From contig JAYRGX010000002.1 in NCBI GenBank assembly GCA_041907545.1, positions 118,870 to 182,869 on the forward strand: a stretch of DNA of 64,000 nucleotides. Reading direction: 5' to 3'. The stretch comes from Bacteroides sp. (GTDB taxonomy: Bacteria > Bacteroidota > Bacteroidia > Bacteroidales > Bacteroidaceae). Each line of letters begins with the position of its first letter. Within the stretch, counting starts at the first letter, position 1. A program made the translations under genes and the position numbers. Shown here in pieces: positions 1 through 9,823 of the stretch. The notes beneath the pieces are model-generated. The model did no database searches. It saw only the letters and a list, made by a program, of their open reading frames with translations, and was not told the origin of the DNA.

Positions 1-461
1 CGATACATCTCAAGCACACTTCGAGCCAAGATATTCATAATATCATTCCCTTCAAGCTCAATAATATTCATTTTTGTTTTTTGTTCCAAAGGCATATTGT
101 CATAAATAAGCTCGGAAAATGAAGCCAATTCTTCTTTATCAGGCAGGTTACCGGAAAGTAACAGGTAAGCGACTTCTTCAAAACCAAATCGCTTTTCTTT
201 AATCATGGCATGTACAATATCCTCAACATCATATCCGCGATAAAATAACTTTCCGGGAATAGGTTTCAGACCTCCACCAGGAATCCGTTCATAACCCACT
301 ACATTACCAATACGGGTAAGTCCGACTAATACACCGGTTCCGTCCTCATTTCTCAAGCCACGCTTCACATCGAATTTCGAAAACAACTCCGTATCTATTC
401 TTACAGCCTCTTTCATCGACTCCGATAACTTATAAACCAAGTATTCCTTTTTCATATTCAT
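1..461 (-). CDS. gltA: citrate synthase, 5' part only (gene runs past window start)
   Basis: Absent from ORF track because truncated. My minus-strand translation from the ATG at 461 reads MNMKKEYLVYKLSESMKEAVRIDTELFSKFDVKRGLRNEDGTGVLVGLTRIGNVVGYE, a citrate synthase N-terminus. It lies 21 nt downstream of icd on the same strand. Confidence 0.8.
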   Translation of the reverse strand, partial: MNMKKEYLVYKLSESMKEAVRIDTELFSKFDVKRGLRNEDGTGVLVGLTRIGNVVGYERIPGGGLKPIPGKLFYRGYDVEDIVHAMIKEKRFGFEEVAYLLLSGNLPDKEELASFSELIYDNMPLEQKTKMNIIELEGNDIMNILARSVLEMY

Positions 462-482
462 TACGTTTTAATCATTAATTTG

Positions 483-1688
483 TTATTCTATTCTCTTTAC
501 GATTTCTCTCGTAAAAGCAGAAGTGGATAAAGATACACCTCCCGGCATAAAGCGGGCAAGATCAGCGGTAGCGCGCGATTCTAGAAAACTCTTTTCCAAA
601 GCACTATCTATCAGATCGGCAGCTTCTTTCCACCCTAAATATTCAAGCATCATCACTGCCGAAAGGATAATGGAGCAAGGGTTCACAATGTCATTTCCTG
701 CAATATCCGGGGCAGTGCCATGTGTTGCTTCGAATATGGCATGTCCCGAATGATAATTAATATTTGCTCCGGGAGCAATGCCGATTCCACCTACCATGGC
801 AGCCAACTGATCGGAGACGTAATCACCATTTAAATTAAGTGTAGCTATCACGGAATATTTTTCCGGTGTGAGTAATGTATTCTGAAGAAAAGCGTCTGCA
901 ATACAATCTTTTATCACCAACTTACCTGTTGCCAGTTCCTCCGCAAACTCGCGTTGCGCCAATTCATATCCCCACTTCTTAAAACCACCTTCAGTAAATT
1001 TCATAATATTCCCCTTATGAACCAAAGTCACGGAAGGCAGACCATGGTCAAGGGCATATTGGCAAGCTGCACGAACAAGACGTTCGGTACCTTCTTTGGA
1101 AACGGGTTTCACTCCAAACGAAGAAGTTTCGGGAAAGCGTACCTTGGTAACTTTCATTTCTGTTTCCAGGAAATGATAGAATTTTTCCGCTTCAGGTGTA
1201 CCGGCTTCCCATTCAATACCGGCATAAATATCTTCGGTATTCTCACGAAACACACACATATTTACTTTTTCCGGTTCGCGAACAGGCGAATGGACACCCC
1301 TATACCAACGGACAGGACGCAGGCAAACAAAAAGGTCGAGTGTCTGTCGGAGTGCAACATTCAAAGAACGAATTCCTCCCCCCACAGGAGTCGTCAGCGG
1401 GCCTTTAATCCCGACTAGATATTCTTTGAAAGCTGCCATTGTCTCGTCAGGCAACCATGCCCCCGTCTTCCTGAAGGCGCGCTCACCTGCCAGGACTTCT
1501 TTCCACTCAATATGCCTCACGCTTCCGTAAGCTTTACGGACTGCCGCATCTACAATAGCCTGCATCGAAGGGGTCACCTCAGCTCCCACTCCGTCGCCGG
1601 TTATAAAAGGTACGGTAGGCACATCAGGTACTAACAGTGTACCATCGGTTTGTTTTGTAATTTTGCTCATCTTCTTTTTATCTTGCAT
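483..1688 (-). CDS. icd: NADP-dependent isocitrate dehydrogenase
   Basis: 401-aa ORF with the IDH/IMDH signature [26 protein letters not shown]. The alternative start M7 (1670) would remove the 11-nt overlap with acn. Confidence 0.93.
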   Translation of the reverse strand: MQDKKKMSKITKQTDGTLLVPDVPTVPFITGDGVGAEVTPSMQAIVDAAVRKAYGSVRHIEWKEVLAGERAFRKTGAWLPDETMAAFKEYLVGIKGPLTTPVGGGIRSLNVALRQTLDLFVCLRPVRWYRGVHSPVREPEKVNMCVFRENTEDIYAGIEWEAGTPEAEKFYHFLETEMKVTKVRFPETSSFGVKPVSKEGTERLVRAACQYALDHGLPSVTLVHKGNIMKFTEGGFKKWGYELAQREFAEELATGKLVIKDCIADAFLQNTLLTPEKYSVIATLNLNGDYVSDQLAAMVGGIGIAPGANINYHSGHAIFEATHGTAPDIAGNDIVNPCSIILSAVMMLEYLGWKEAADLIDSALEKSFLESRATADLARFMPGGVSLSTSAFTREIVKRIE

Positions 1689-3921
1689 TTAACGCAGAGC
1701 CGGCACGAAACCAACCAATCTGCTGTTTGTTATAGGTATGTTGTACGTTAAAGCGGTCTTCTGTACCGTCCTCATGATGAAGAATAACCTCCATATTGCG
1801 TTCCGGGGCAAACTCCTTCAACCCGACAACCGAAATCAAATCATGTTCCCTTATTTTATCATAATCATTTTTATCGGCAAAAGTCAACGCAAGCATACCC
1901 TGCTTCTTCAAATTTGTTTCATGGATACGTGCAAAGCTTTTAGCCAAAATGACGCGAACATTCAGGAAGCGCGGTTCCATAGCAGCATGTTCGCGACTGG
2001 AACCCTCGCCATAGTTTTCCTCGGCTACTACTATCGAAGCCAATCCCTCCGATTTATAGTGTTTTGCAGTACCCGACACCGTATCATAGTTACCGGTCAG
2101 ACGATTCCACACGTTATTAGACTCTCCGTTAAAAGCATTAATTGCTCCCATTAGCATATTATCTGAAATATTTTCCAGATGGCCGCGGAAACGAAGCCAT
2201 GACCCTGCCATTGAAATGTGATCGGTAGTGCATTTGCCCTGTGTTTTAATGAGAAGAGGCATCTTGATCAAATCGTTGCCATCCCATGCCGGAAAAGGGC
2301 TTAACAATTGAAGTCGCTGGGAAGCGGGATTGACTATAATCTCAGCTTCTACTTGCTTGGGGGCGATATAACCTTGCTTTCCATCGACGAAATCTTTTAA
2401 TGGAAGTTCTTCACCCACCGGTGCATCAAGCCTGACTTGCTCACCTTTCTTGTTTGTCAAAGTATCGGTCAGTGGATTAAAACAGAGATCACCAGCTATC
2501 GTCAAAGCCATAGTCAATTCGGGAGAAGCGACAAAAGCATGGGTATTCGGATTGCCATCCGCGCGCTTCGCGAAATTACGGTTGAATGAAGTCACAATTG
2601 AATTCTTACGCATAGGGTCGTCGGTATGCCTTTTCCATTGCCCGATACACGGACCGCAGGCATTTGCCATAATTACGGCACCTATATTTTTAAAGACACT
2701 GATCATACCATCCCTTTCGGCAGTAGCCCGAATGCGTTCAGAACCAGGATTGACTATCAAAGGAGAAGCAACCTTGAGTCCTTTTTCGGCTACTTGTTTC
2801 GCCAAAGAAGCAACGCGACTTAAATCTTGATAAGAGGAGTTGGTGCATGAACCTATTAACCCGACTTCCATTTTTTTCGGATAGCCGTTTGCTTTCACTT
2901 TAGCGGCAAACTCCGATATCGGCGTAGCGGCATCGGGGGTAAAAGGACCGTTTATATAAGGTTCAAGCGCCGATAAGTCTATCTCTATAATTCTATCATA
3001 ATATTTTTCAGGACTTGCAAGCACTTCATCATCAGCACGAAGATCGGTAGCAATAGATTCCGCCAGCATAGCGATTTCTTCTCTTTCGGTAACATTTAGA
3101 TAGGCAGCCATTTTAGCATCAAAAGGAAATAAAGAAGTGGTAGCTCCCACTTCCGCTCCCATGTTACAGATAGTGGCTTTTCCGGTAGCCGATAAAGAAG
3201 CTACTCCCGATCCAAAATATTCTATAATGGAGTTTGTTGCTCCTTTCACGGTAAGTATACCGGCCAATTTCAAAATCACATCCTTAGGTGCCGCCCAATT
3301 ATTCAGACTACCGGTAAGACGTACACCTATAATCTTAGGCATTTTAAGTTCCCATTCCATTCCGGTCATCACATCGACTGCATCCGCACCGCCAACACCG
3401 ATGGCAATCATTCCCAAACCTCCTGCATTAGGAGTATGTGAATCAGTGCCTACCATCATTCCACCGGGGAAAGCATAGTTTTCCAATACCACTTGATGAA
3501 TAATACCCGCTCCCGGTTGCCAGAACCCGATGCCATAGCGTGAAGAAACATCACGCAAGAAACCATAAACTTCTTCATTGGTCTGATTAGCAACTGCAAT
3601 ATCATCATCAGCCCCTCTATGAGCTTGTATCAGATGATCACAATGAACCGTTGAAGGAACCGCTACACGGTCTCTTCCCGAATTCATAAATTGAAGTAAC
3701 GCCATTTGAGCTGTAGCGTCCTGCATGGCTACCCTGTCCGGTCGGAAATTCACATAATCTTCGCCGCGTTTATAGTCATTGATTTCACCCCCATTGTACA
3801 GATGCACATACAATATTTTTTCCGTCAAGGTCAACGGACGCTGTAATACTGTTCGAACGTGTTCTATTTTCTCCTTGTAACTTGCATAAAATGCATTAAG
3901 CATTGAAACATCGTATATCAT
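1678..3921 (-). CDS. acnA: aconitate hydratase (about 750-aa mitochondrial-like type)
   Basis: 747-aa ORF. Fe-S cluster ligand motifs [10 protein letters not shown] and [10 protein letters not shown]. First gene of the acn-icd-gltA string. Confidence 0.93.
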   Translation of the reverse strand: MIYDVSMLNAFYASYKEKIEHVRTVLQRPLTLTEKILYVHLYNGGEINDYKRGEDYVNFRPDRVAMQDATAQMALLQFMNSGRDRVAVPSTVHCDHLIQAHRGADDDIAVANQTNEEVYGFLRDVSSRYGIGFWQPGAGIIHQVVLENYAFPGGMMVGTDSHTPNAGGLGMIAIGVGGADAVDVMTGMEWELKMPKIIGVRLTGSLNNWAAPKDVILKLAGILTVKGATNSIIEYFGSGVASLSATGKATICNMGAEVGATTSLFPFDAKMAAYLNVTEREEIAMLAESIATDLRADDEVLASPEKYYDRIIEIDLSALEPYINGPFTPDAATPISEFAAKVKANGYPKKMEVGLIGSCTNSSYQDLSRVASLAKQVAEKGLKVASPLIVNPGSERIRATAERDGMISVFKNIGAVIMANACGPCIGQWKRHTDDPMRKNSIVTSFNRNFAKRADGNPNTHAFVASPELTMALTIAGDLCFNPLTDTLTNKKGEQVRLDAPVGEELPLKDFVDGKQGYIAPKQVEAEIIVNPASQRLQLLSPFPAWDGNDLIKMPLLIKTQGKCTTDHISMAGSWLRFRGHLENISDNMLMGAINAFNGESNNVWNRLTGNYDTVSGTAKHYKSEGLASIVVAEENYGEGSSREHAAMEPRFLNVRVILAKSFARIHETNLKKQGMLALTFADKNDYDKIREHDLISVVGLKEFAPERNMEVILHHEDGTEDRFNVQHTYNKQQIGWFRAGSALNAR

Positions 3922-3960
3922 ACCACTTTTATATTGAAATATTTACGATTGAAAAGATAA

Positions 3961-3968
3961 CAAAAGTA
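3961..3968 (-). promoter_or_regulatory. -7 promoter box TAnnTTTG for the acn-icd-gltA operon
   Basis: Minus strand reads TACTTTTG, about 39 nt upstream of the acn ATG. Confidence 0.6.
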
Positions 3969-4040
3969 TATTATAAACAAGCAAAAAGCTTATTAGTTTA
4001 ACATATTATCGGATTTCTTCTCTCAAAATGGAAGATTCAC

Positions 4041-4048
4041 TACCTTTG
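4041..4048 (+). promoter_or_regulatory. -7 promoter box TAnnTTTG for the helicase gene
   Basis: TACCTTTG ends only 5 nt before the ATG at 4054, which implies a leaderless or near-leaderless mRNA. Confidence 0.55.
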
Positions 4049-4053
4049 CAGAT

Positions 4054-5946
4054 ATGATAGAAGCAGAACAAAACAACCCTACAATACATATCCGGCAGCA
4101 ACTTACTTTACTGCGTATGGAATATGAATACGAGAAAGAAGAATTTAAGCGTCAATCGGAAGTAATGGGAATAGCCCGTAAACTCAAGCGGGGGATATGT
4201 TGGTACCCCATCAAGGTAGGACGGAGTTTTTATAATTCGCTCAATCAACTCACCCTCGAGATTACCCGCAATGAAGATATTGACATTGAACATAATTTTG
4301 AATTCGGGCGACCGATATGTTTCTTCCGTGAAGCGGCTAATGGACAAATCACTTATTATAACTTTGTAGCCACAGTGAGCTATGCCGATGAGCAAAGAAT
4401 GGCAATCATCATGCCGGACATCAAGAGCATAACCGAACTTCAAACCGGTGAAAAGATTGGCGTACAGCTTTATTTTGATGAAACCTCTTATCGAACCATG
4501 TTCGAAGCTTTGGCTGACGTGGAGCAGGCAAGCGGAAACAGGCTGGCCGAACTGCGCGATATACTATTGGGTACATTAAAACCTGAGTTTAGAGAACTCT
4601 ATCCCGTACGCTTCCCGTGGCTGAATACGGCACAAGAAAAAGCTGTCAACAAAGTTCTTTATGCTAAGGATGTGGCAATAGTCCATGGCCCTCCGGGAAC
4701 AGGAAAGACAACGACTCTTGTTGAAGCCATTTATGAAACGCTTCACCGCGAACCGCAAGTAATGGTTTGCGCACAAAGTAATACGGCAGTCGACTGGATT
4801 TGTGAAAAGCTGGTGGACAGAGGGGTTAATATTTTACGCATCGGCAATCCGACAAGAGTAAACGACAAAATGTTATCCTTCACTTATGAGCGTCGATTTG
4901 AGAACCATCCTTCATACACCGAACTTTGGGGTCTACGTAAAGAGATACGTGCCATACAGGGACGTTTACGAAATTCCAGATATGAAGAGCGCGAAGGAGT
5001 ACGCAATCGACTGAATAATTTACGCGAACGTGCAACCCAGCTGGAAATACAAATCAATGCGGACTTATTTGATAATGCGCACATCATAGCTTCCACATTG
5101 GTGAGTAGCAATCACCATTTACTCAATGGCAAGCATTTCAACACACTCTTTATTGATGAAGCGGCACAAGCATTGGAAGCGGCTTGTTGGGTGGCTATCC
5201 GTAAAGCCAATCGGGTGATTCTTGCAGGCGATCATTGCCAGCTACCGGCAACCGTGAAATGTTACGAAGCTGCCCGAGGAGGATTGGAACAGACATTAAT
5301 GGAAAAGGTAGCGAAGTCAAAGCCTTCTGTGGTATCGCTATTGAAACTCCAATACAGAATGAATGAAGCCATTATGAAGTTTCCTTCACAATGGTTTTAT
5401 AATAACGAGCTTCAGGCAGCGCCCGAAGTTAGCCATCGCGGTATCCTCGACTGGGACACACCGATCCGCTGGATAGACACTTCAGAGATGGATCTCAAAG
5501 AAGAGTTTACCGGCGAGTCATTCGGCCGTATCAATCGTGAAGAAGCCGACCTCTTATTGGAAGAACTTAAACGATATATTGAGCGGATTGGAGCCAAGCG
5601 TATACTTGATGAGCAAATTGATTTTGGATTGATTTCTCCTTATAAAGCACAAGTGCAATACCTTAGGAGTAAAATAAAGTCGGCATCATTCTTCCGTCCT
5701 TATCGCAACTTGTTAACCGTCCATACGGTAGACGGTTTTCAAGGGCAAGAACGTGATGTGATATTTATCAGTCTCGTCCGGGCAAATGATGAAGGGCAAA
5801 TCGGATTTCTACACGATCTACGACGAATGAATGTCGCCATAACCCGTGCCAGAATGAAGCTCGTAATCCTCGGTGATGCCAAGACCCTGGGGCGACATCC
5901 CTTCTATCGCAAATTGTTGGAATACATTACGAATATTGATCAATAA
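4054..5946 (+). CDS. superfamily-1 (Upf1/DNA2-like) AAA ATPase/helicase
   Basis: 630-aa ORF. Walker A GPPGTGKTTT, Walker B/motif II FIDEAAQA, motif V-VI VDGFQGQERDVIFISLVR and RRMNVAITRAR. Confidence 0.85.
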   Translation: MIEAEQNNPTIHIRQQLTLLRMEYEYEKEEFKRQSEVMGIARKLKRGICWYPIKVGRSFYNSLNQLTLEITRNEDIDIEHNFEFGRPICFFREAANGQITYYNFVATVSYADEQRMAIIMPDIKSITELQTGEKIGVQLYFDETSYRTMFEALADVEQASGNRLAELRDILLGTLKPEFRELYPVRFPWLNTAQEKAVNKVLYAKDVAIVHGPPGTGKTTTLVEAIYETLHREPQVMVCAQSNTAVDWICEKLVDRGVNILRIGNPTRVNDKMLSFTYERRFENHPSYTELWGLRKEIRAIQGRLRNSRYEEREGVRNRLNNLRERATQLEIQINADLFDNAHIIASTLVSSNHHLLNGKHFNTLFIDEAAQALEAACWVAIRKANRVILAGDHCQLPATVKCYEAARGGLEQTLMEKVAKSKPSVVSLLKLQYRMNEAIMKFPSQWFYNNELQAAPEVSHRGILDWDTPIRWIDTSEMDLKEEFTGESFGRINREEADLLLEELKRYIERIGAKRILDEQIDFGLISPYKAQVQYLRSKIKSASFFRPYRNLLTVHTVDGFQGQERDVIFISLVRANDEGQIGFLHDLRRMNVAITRARMKLVILGDAKTLGRHPFYRKLLEYITNIDQ

Positions 5947-6019
5947 AGAGAATATTATTACTCTAGAAAACTTTTCTAAAAAAATAAACATATTAGCTAT
6001 TCATATTCGGATATTTTTA

Positions 6020-6027
6020 TACATTTG
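6020..6027 (+). promoter_or_regulatory. -7 promoter box TAnnTTTG
   Basis: TACATTTG lies about 116 nt upstream of the zinc-ribbon ORF start at 6144. Confidence 0.45.
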
Positions 6028-6143
6028 CGATGTATATAAAATATGCTGCGTATGAATATATATATACTCATAAAAAAGCATTATTATACTTCATATCAAC
6101 TAACAAATGTCATAATTGAATAATCTTTTTTTTAAGAAATAGT

Positions 6144-6449
6144 ATGAAGATTTGTCCTCAATGTAATGAAGAAGTAGAAGATAGCTTTGAAATCTGCTGG
6201 AATTGCAACTATAGCTTTACCGAGAACCGGGTCATTGAGCCTGAAGAAATGCCATTTGGAAACAGAAGTTTAGAGTGCACACATTGTCACGTAAAACTGG
6301 TATTCTCTGGTAATTATAAATTTCACGAAGGAACCAGGCTTGGTGTCCTCGGTAATATATTTGAAGCATTTGTAAACAGAGAGAGTTTTGACATTTATGT
6401 TTGTCCCAAATGCGGTAAAGTCGAATTTTACACCCCCCTGGAAGAATGA
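6144..6449 (+). CDS. small double zinc-ribbon protein, function unknown
   Basis: 101-aa ORF with two CxxC...CxxC pairs (CPQC..CWNC and CTHC..CPKC). No antisense competitor. Own promoter box upstream. Confidence 0.65.
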   Translation: MKICPQCNEEVEDSFEICWNCNYSFTENRVIEPEEMPFGNRSLECTHCHVKLVFSGNYKFHEGTRLGVLGNIFEAFVNRESFDIYVCPKCGKVEFYTPLEE

Positions 6450-6820
6450 AAAATAGTAGCAGATATATTGCTTATTACACAAGTTGACTTCATGCAAAAA
6501 GAAATGGTTTTTACCTATTTAACAAAAAACAAAGTTCCTGCATTCAACTTTTCGTCAAACATTATTCCTATGTATAGCAAATCAAGAACTCTTTGGAAGA
6601 CTTGTGAAGCAAAATAGGAAGAGCATATATACAATGTAAAGCAAACCTGAAAGGCTTCCTCTTTTCTGTATAGTGGAGCAGGAAGTATAAATCATAAAGT
6701 GTGAACCATTTCCATGCACAGTCAGATTGACTTTATTCCCATTATAAGTTACATTCGTTCCCAAGTTTAGAAATGAGCATTCTGATATAGAGAGATTGTT
6801 ATTTCCCACTTAAGAAATGG

Positions 6821-6842
6821 TAGTTTCCTGCTAAGGAAATTA
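6821..6842. repeat. short hairpin (TTTCCT/AGGAAA arms)
   Basis: tagtttcct-gcta-aggaaatta forms about 9 bp including one G-U pair. It shares the AGGAAAT motif with the adjacent 18-bp hairpin. Confidence 0.5.
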
Positions 6843-6844
6843 AT

Positions 6845-6884
6845 GTTCCTCTATTAGGAAATTTGCATTTCCTAATAGAGGAAC
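6845..6884. terminator. perfect 18-bp stem / 4-nt loop hairpin, probable terminator for the minus-strand gene 6964-7401
   Basis: gttcctctattaggaaat-ttgc-atttcctaatagaggaac. It lies 80 nt downstream of the minus-strand stop at 6964, but there is no strong U-tract. Confidence 0.45.
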
Positions 6885-6963
6885 AAACTGTAATATAAGA
6901 AGAGAAGAAGAATTGTCAGGTAAGACAAGAAAGTGTAATCCTATTGTTAAGGGGAGAATAAGC

Positions 6964-7401
6964 TTAATCTTCCCAATTATAACCGTCTACATAATCGTCA
7001 AAATAATCATCGAGTTGAAGACCCGATTCTTGGGCCAGTCGGACGATAAATTGCTGATCAGCAGGTTTAATTAGCAAATCGCCTTTACGAACAAGATAGT
7101 AATTCTTACGCCCAAAATGCAAAATAAGTCGCCAACGGAATGTTCCGGCAACACCAACGGTCAAAGCATTTAGTGTATGTATAAAACCTTTAGCATAGCG
7201 TATTTTCTCCACCGAACGGAAATATTCACAACGATCCTTCATGGAAGCCAGTTTGTTGGGAGTCAGAGTGGGCAAAAAAGGATATTTTACGGGAGCATGC
7301 TCTAAAGCAATATGACGCAAACAAACGGAAGCCTTGGGACAAGTATTGGCTGCGCATACACCAAAACTATAAGGTACTTCCGAGAAATCAAAAGTCTCCA
7401 T
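6964..7401 (-). CDS. hypothetical Cys-containing protein
   Basis: 145-aa ORF with an N-terminal CAANTCPKASVC motif and an acidic C-terminus. A near-consensus promoter box sits 24 nt upstream. I recognise no family. Confidence 0.6.
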   Translation of the reverse strand: METFDFSEVPYSFGVCAANTCPKASVCLRHIALEHAPVKYPFLPTLTPNKLASMKDRCEYFRSVEKIRYAKGFIHTLNALTVGVAGTFRWRLILHFGRKNYYLVRKGDLLIKPADQQFIVRLAQESGLQLDDYFDDYVDGYNWED

Positions 7402-7425
7402 TTTGTATTATTTTATAACTATCTG

Positions 7426-7433
7426 TAAAGGTA
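7426..7433 (-). promoter_or_regulatory. near-consensus -7 box (TACCTTTA)
   Basis: Minus strand reads TACCTTTA (last G replaced by A), about 24 nt upstream of the ATG at 7401. Confidence 0.4.
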
Positions 7434-7681
7434 AGCAGAATAAATAAGAAAAAGGATAAATTATTTATAGTTTAAGATTGAATATCTCTGGAATTATTGC
7501 AACTTACTTATTTACCATTAGACTAAGCTAGAAGAATGCTTGCCATATACGCCTAAAATGAGAAGAATTGAATGAAAAAACGACTGTTTTTAAGGATAAA
7601 ATCGCACGGTAATTTCTTACTTACACCTACAAAAAGACACATATAAACCTGTATATCAGAATATTATCCTCAAAACCAAGC

Positions 7682-7705
7682 GGTGCAATTAAATTTAATT
7701 GCACC
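7682..7705. repeat. perfect 24-bp palindrome GGTGCAATTAAA/TTTAATTGCACC
   Basis: Read directly from the sequence. Further GGTGCAATT-type copies occur near 7719-7728 (inverted) and 7775-7787, with a half-site at 7766-7772. Confidence 0.85.
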
Positions 7706-7899
7706 CTGCTGTTTCGCTCAATTGCACCCGTGTATCATGCTATATATTAATGCGTTAGCGCCATTGGTGCAAGCAGTGCAATTAAAAACAGGAAAAAAAC
7801 TCTAGGGGGGAGAGTGTGAATTATCGCAGTATGATGAAGGAGATAACTAAAACGGGATACTCTCGAAAGAAATATGTGATGATAAAATAAAGACAGTAT

Positions 7900-7933
7900 A
7901 AAAAGAATTAGGGGTATTACGCAATACCCCTAA
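7900..7933 (-). terminator. rho-independent terminator of the ilv operon
   Basis: ttaggggtatt-acgc-aatacccctaa forms an 11-bp stem, followed on the minus strand by TTCTTTTT. It starts 46 nt after the ilvC stop. Confidence 0.8.
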
Positions 7934-7978
7934 TTTATATCCTAATCCAGTTTCTGTAAAAACTAACAGAGAAAATTA

Positions 7979-9022
7979 TTAGCTATTCTCAGGGCGGAGT
8001 TTACGAACTACCGCACCGGCCTGCCACATTTCGCTTTCACGTAATGCTTTCAATTCGGCATTAAGTTTTTCACGATAATCAGGCTGAGAGTTGGAGTCAA
8101 TGGAACGTTGAGCTTCATGTCCTTGTTTAACTTCACTATATAATTTCTCGAATACCGGTTTAGCAGCATCGTGGAACGGACCCATCCAGTCGAGTGCACC
8201 ACGTTGAGCTGTCGTTGAACAGTTGGCATACATCCAGTCCATACCATTCTTAGCAAACAACGGCATCAATGATTGGGTTAATTCTTCAACGGTTTCATTG
8301 AATGCTTCAGAAGGAGTGTGACCATTCTCGCGTAAAGTTTCGTATTGCGCTAAAAGTAAGCCTTGAATAGCTCCCATCAAAGTACCGCGTTCACCTGTCA
8401 AATCGGAGTATACTTCCCTTTTGAATGTCGTTTCAAACAAATAACCGGAACCTACACCAATTCCCAAAGCAACAACACGATCCCAAGCTTTGCCGGTAGC
8501 ATCCTGGAAGATAGCAAATGAAGAATTCAAGCCGCGACCTTCGAGGAACATCGTACGCAATGAAGTACCTGAACCTTTAGGAGCAATCAAAATAACATCC
8601 ACATCAGCAGGAGGAACGATTCCTGTACGTTCTTTATAAGTAATAGCAAAACCATGAGAGAAGTATAATGCCTTACCCGGAGTCAGATGTTTCTTTATTG
8701 CAGGCCAGCATTCAATCTGAGCAGCATCAGAAAGCAATACCTGAATGATTGTTGCTTTTTCACAAGCTTCTTCTATGCCGAATAATGTCTCGCCAGGAAC
8801 CCAGCCGTCAGCCACTGCTTTATCAAAAGTCTTACCCGGACGTTGACCTACGATTACATTAAATCCATTGTCACGTAAGTTCAGTGATTGTCCAGGACCT
8901 TGAACGCCATAACCAATTACTGCAATAACTTCGTCTTTCAATACTTCACGAGCTTTCTCCAAAGGAAATTCTTCGCGGGTTACCACATTCTCGACAACAC
9001 CGCCAAAATTCATCTGTGCCAT
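7979..9022 (-). CDS. ilvC: ketol-acid reductoisomerase
   Basis: 347-aa ORF. NADP-binding IGYGVQGPGQSLNLRDNG. Last gene of the ilv operon. Confidence 0.95.
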   Translation of the reverse strand: MAQMNFGGVVENVVTREEFPLEKAREVLKDEVIAVIGYGVQGPGQSLNLRDNGFNVIVGQRPGKTFDKAVADGWVPGETLFGIEEACEKATIIQVLLSDAAQIECWPAIKKHLTPGKALYFSHGFAITYKERTGIVPPADVDVILIAPKGSGTSLRTMFLEGRGLNSSFAIFQDATGKAWDRVVALGIGVGSGYLFETTFKREVYSDLTGERGTLMGAIQGLLLAQYETLRENGHTPSEAFNETVEELTQSLMPLFAKNGMDWMYANCSTTAQRGALDWMGPFHDAAKPVFEKLYSEVKQGHEAQRSIDSNSQPDYREKLNAELKALRESEMWQAGAVVRKLRPENS

Positions 9023-9067
9023 TTTTTACTTTGTTTTTAATTGGCTGCCTTACACAGCCTGTTATTA

Positions 9068-9823
9068 CTAAATATTATTATCAAATATCACTTTCGAACG
9101 ACAAACCACTTCATTGCCATTCTTTCTAACCTCTACCTCGTAAATCCCCTCGTCCGTTTCATCTCTGTAAAATGCAAGCTCATCACCATAATAGCTCTCA
9201 GCCACATAAGCCATCTCAAAACGGCTTATGCGTTTTTCTTTATAAAATGAAAGTGGAAAGAGATCGAGTATATGTTCGATATAACGCACACTGTTGAAAT
9301 GTCCGTTAATGTCTATATCACTATATTTGGCTACAATTTTACCTACAGGTTCAGTCGCGCTTACTTTTATGCGCGATGGCTTTTCAATGGGACAAGGCTC
9401 ATCTTTGCAAATATAATCGGTGATGCCTCCACCATGTAAAGCTAATAAATCAGCCGGTTTACGAGTGGATAGATTGATCATTGCCCAAACAGAACGGGCG
9501 TATCCTATATTTTTGCCGTCTTTGCTCATAATGGCAAAGTTACGATCGGTAAACAACCGATAGACATTTTCCACCCATGTGCTAATGTTGAATTCTTCAT
9601 ATTGATAAGGCATTTCATCCAAATCAATAGCCAAACGCGAAAGCACCCAGGTATAATTATCCTCATTAAGTGTTGCGATACCAAATCCACGCTCGGTGGC
9701 ATGAAACCCGGCACAATTGAGCAAGTGATTGCCTAAGACTCCCATAGTCAGCCGACCCGTAAAATCAACATGAAACGGTTCTGCGACAAAATTATAGACT
9801 CCTATCTTGTTTTCTTCACTCAT
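9068..9823 (-). CDS. acyl-ACP thioesterase family protein
   Basis: 251-aa ORF of a size and sequence character consistent with the FatA/B-like double hot-dog fold. Its start overlaps the ilvN stop by 4 nt (ATGA). Confidence 0.7.
   Translation of the reverse strand: MSEENKIGVYNFVAEPFHVDFTGRLTMGVLGNHLLNCAGFHATERGFGIATLNEDNYTWVLSRLAIDLDEMPYQYEEFNISTWVENVYRLFTDRNFAIMSKDGKNIGYARSVWAMINLSTRKPADLLALHGGGITDYICKDEPCPIEKPSRIKVSATEPVGKIVAKYSDIDINGHFNSVRYIEHILDLFPLSFYKEKRISRFEMAYVAESYYGDELAFYRDETDEGIYEVEVRKNGNEVVCRSKVIFDNNI

Noticed and set aside
6582-6809. 75-aa minus-strand ORF in the gene-poor stretch
   Set aside because: There is no promoter box. It starts immediately after two hairpins that look like the terminator of the upstream gene, and its composition is not protein-like. 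I kept it only as a possibility to test by Ribo-seq.
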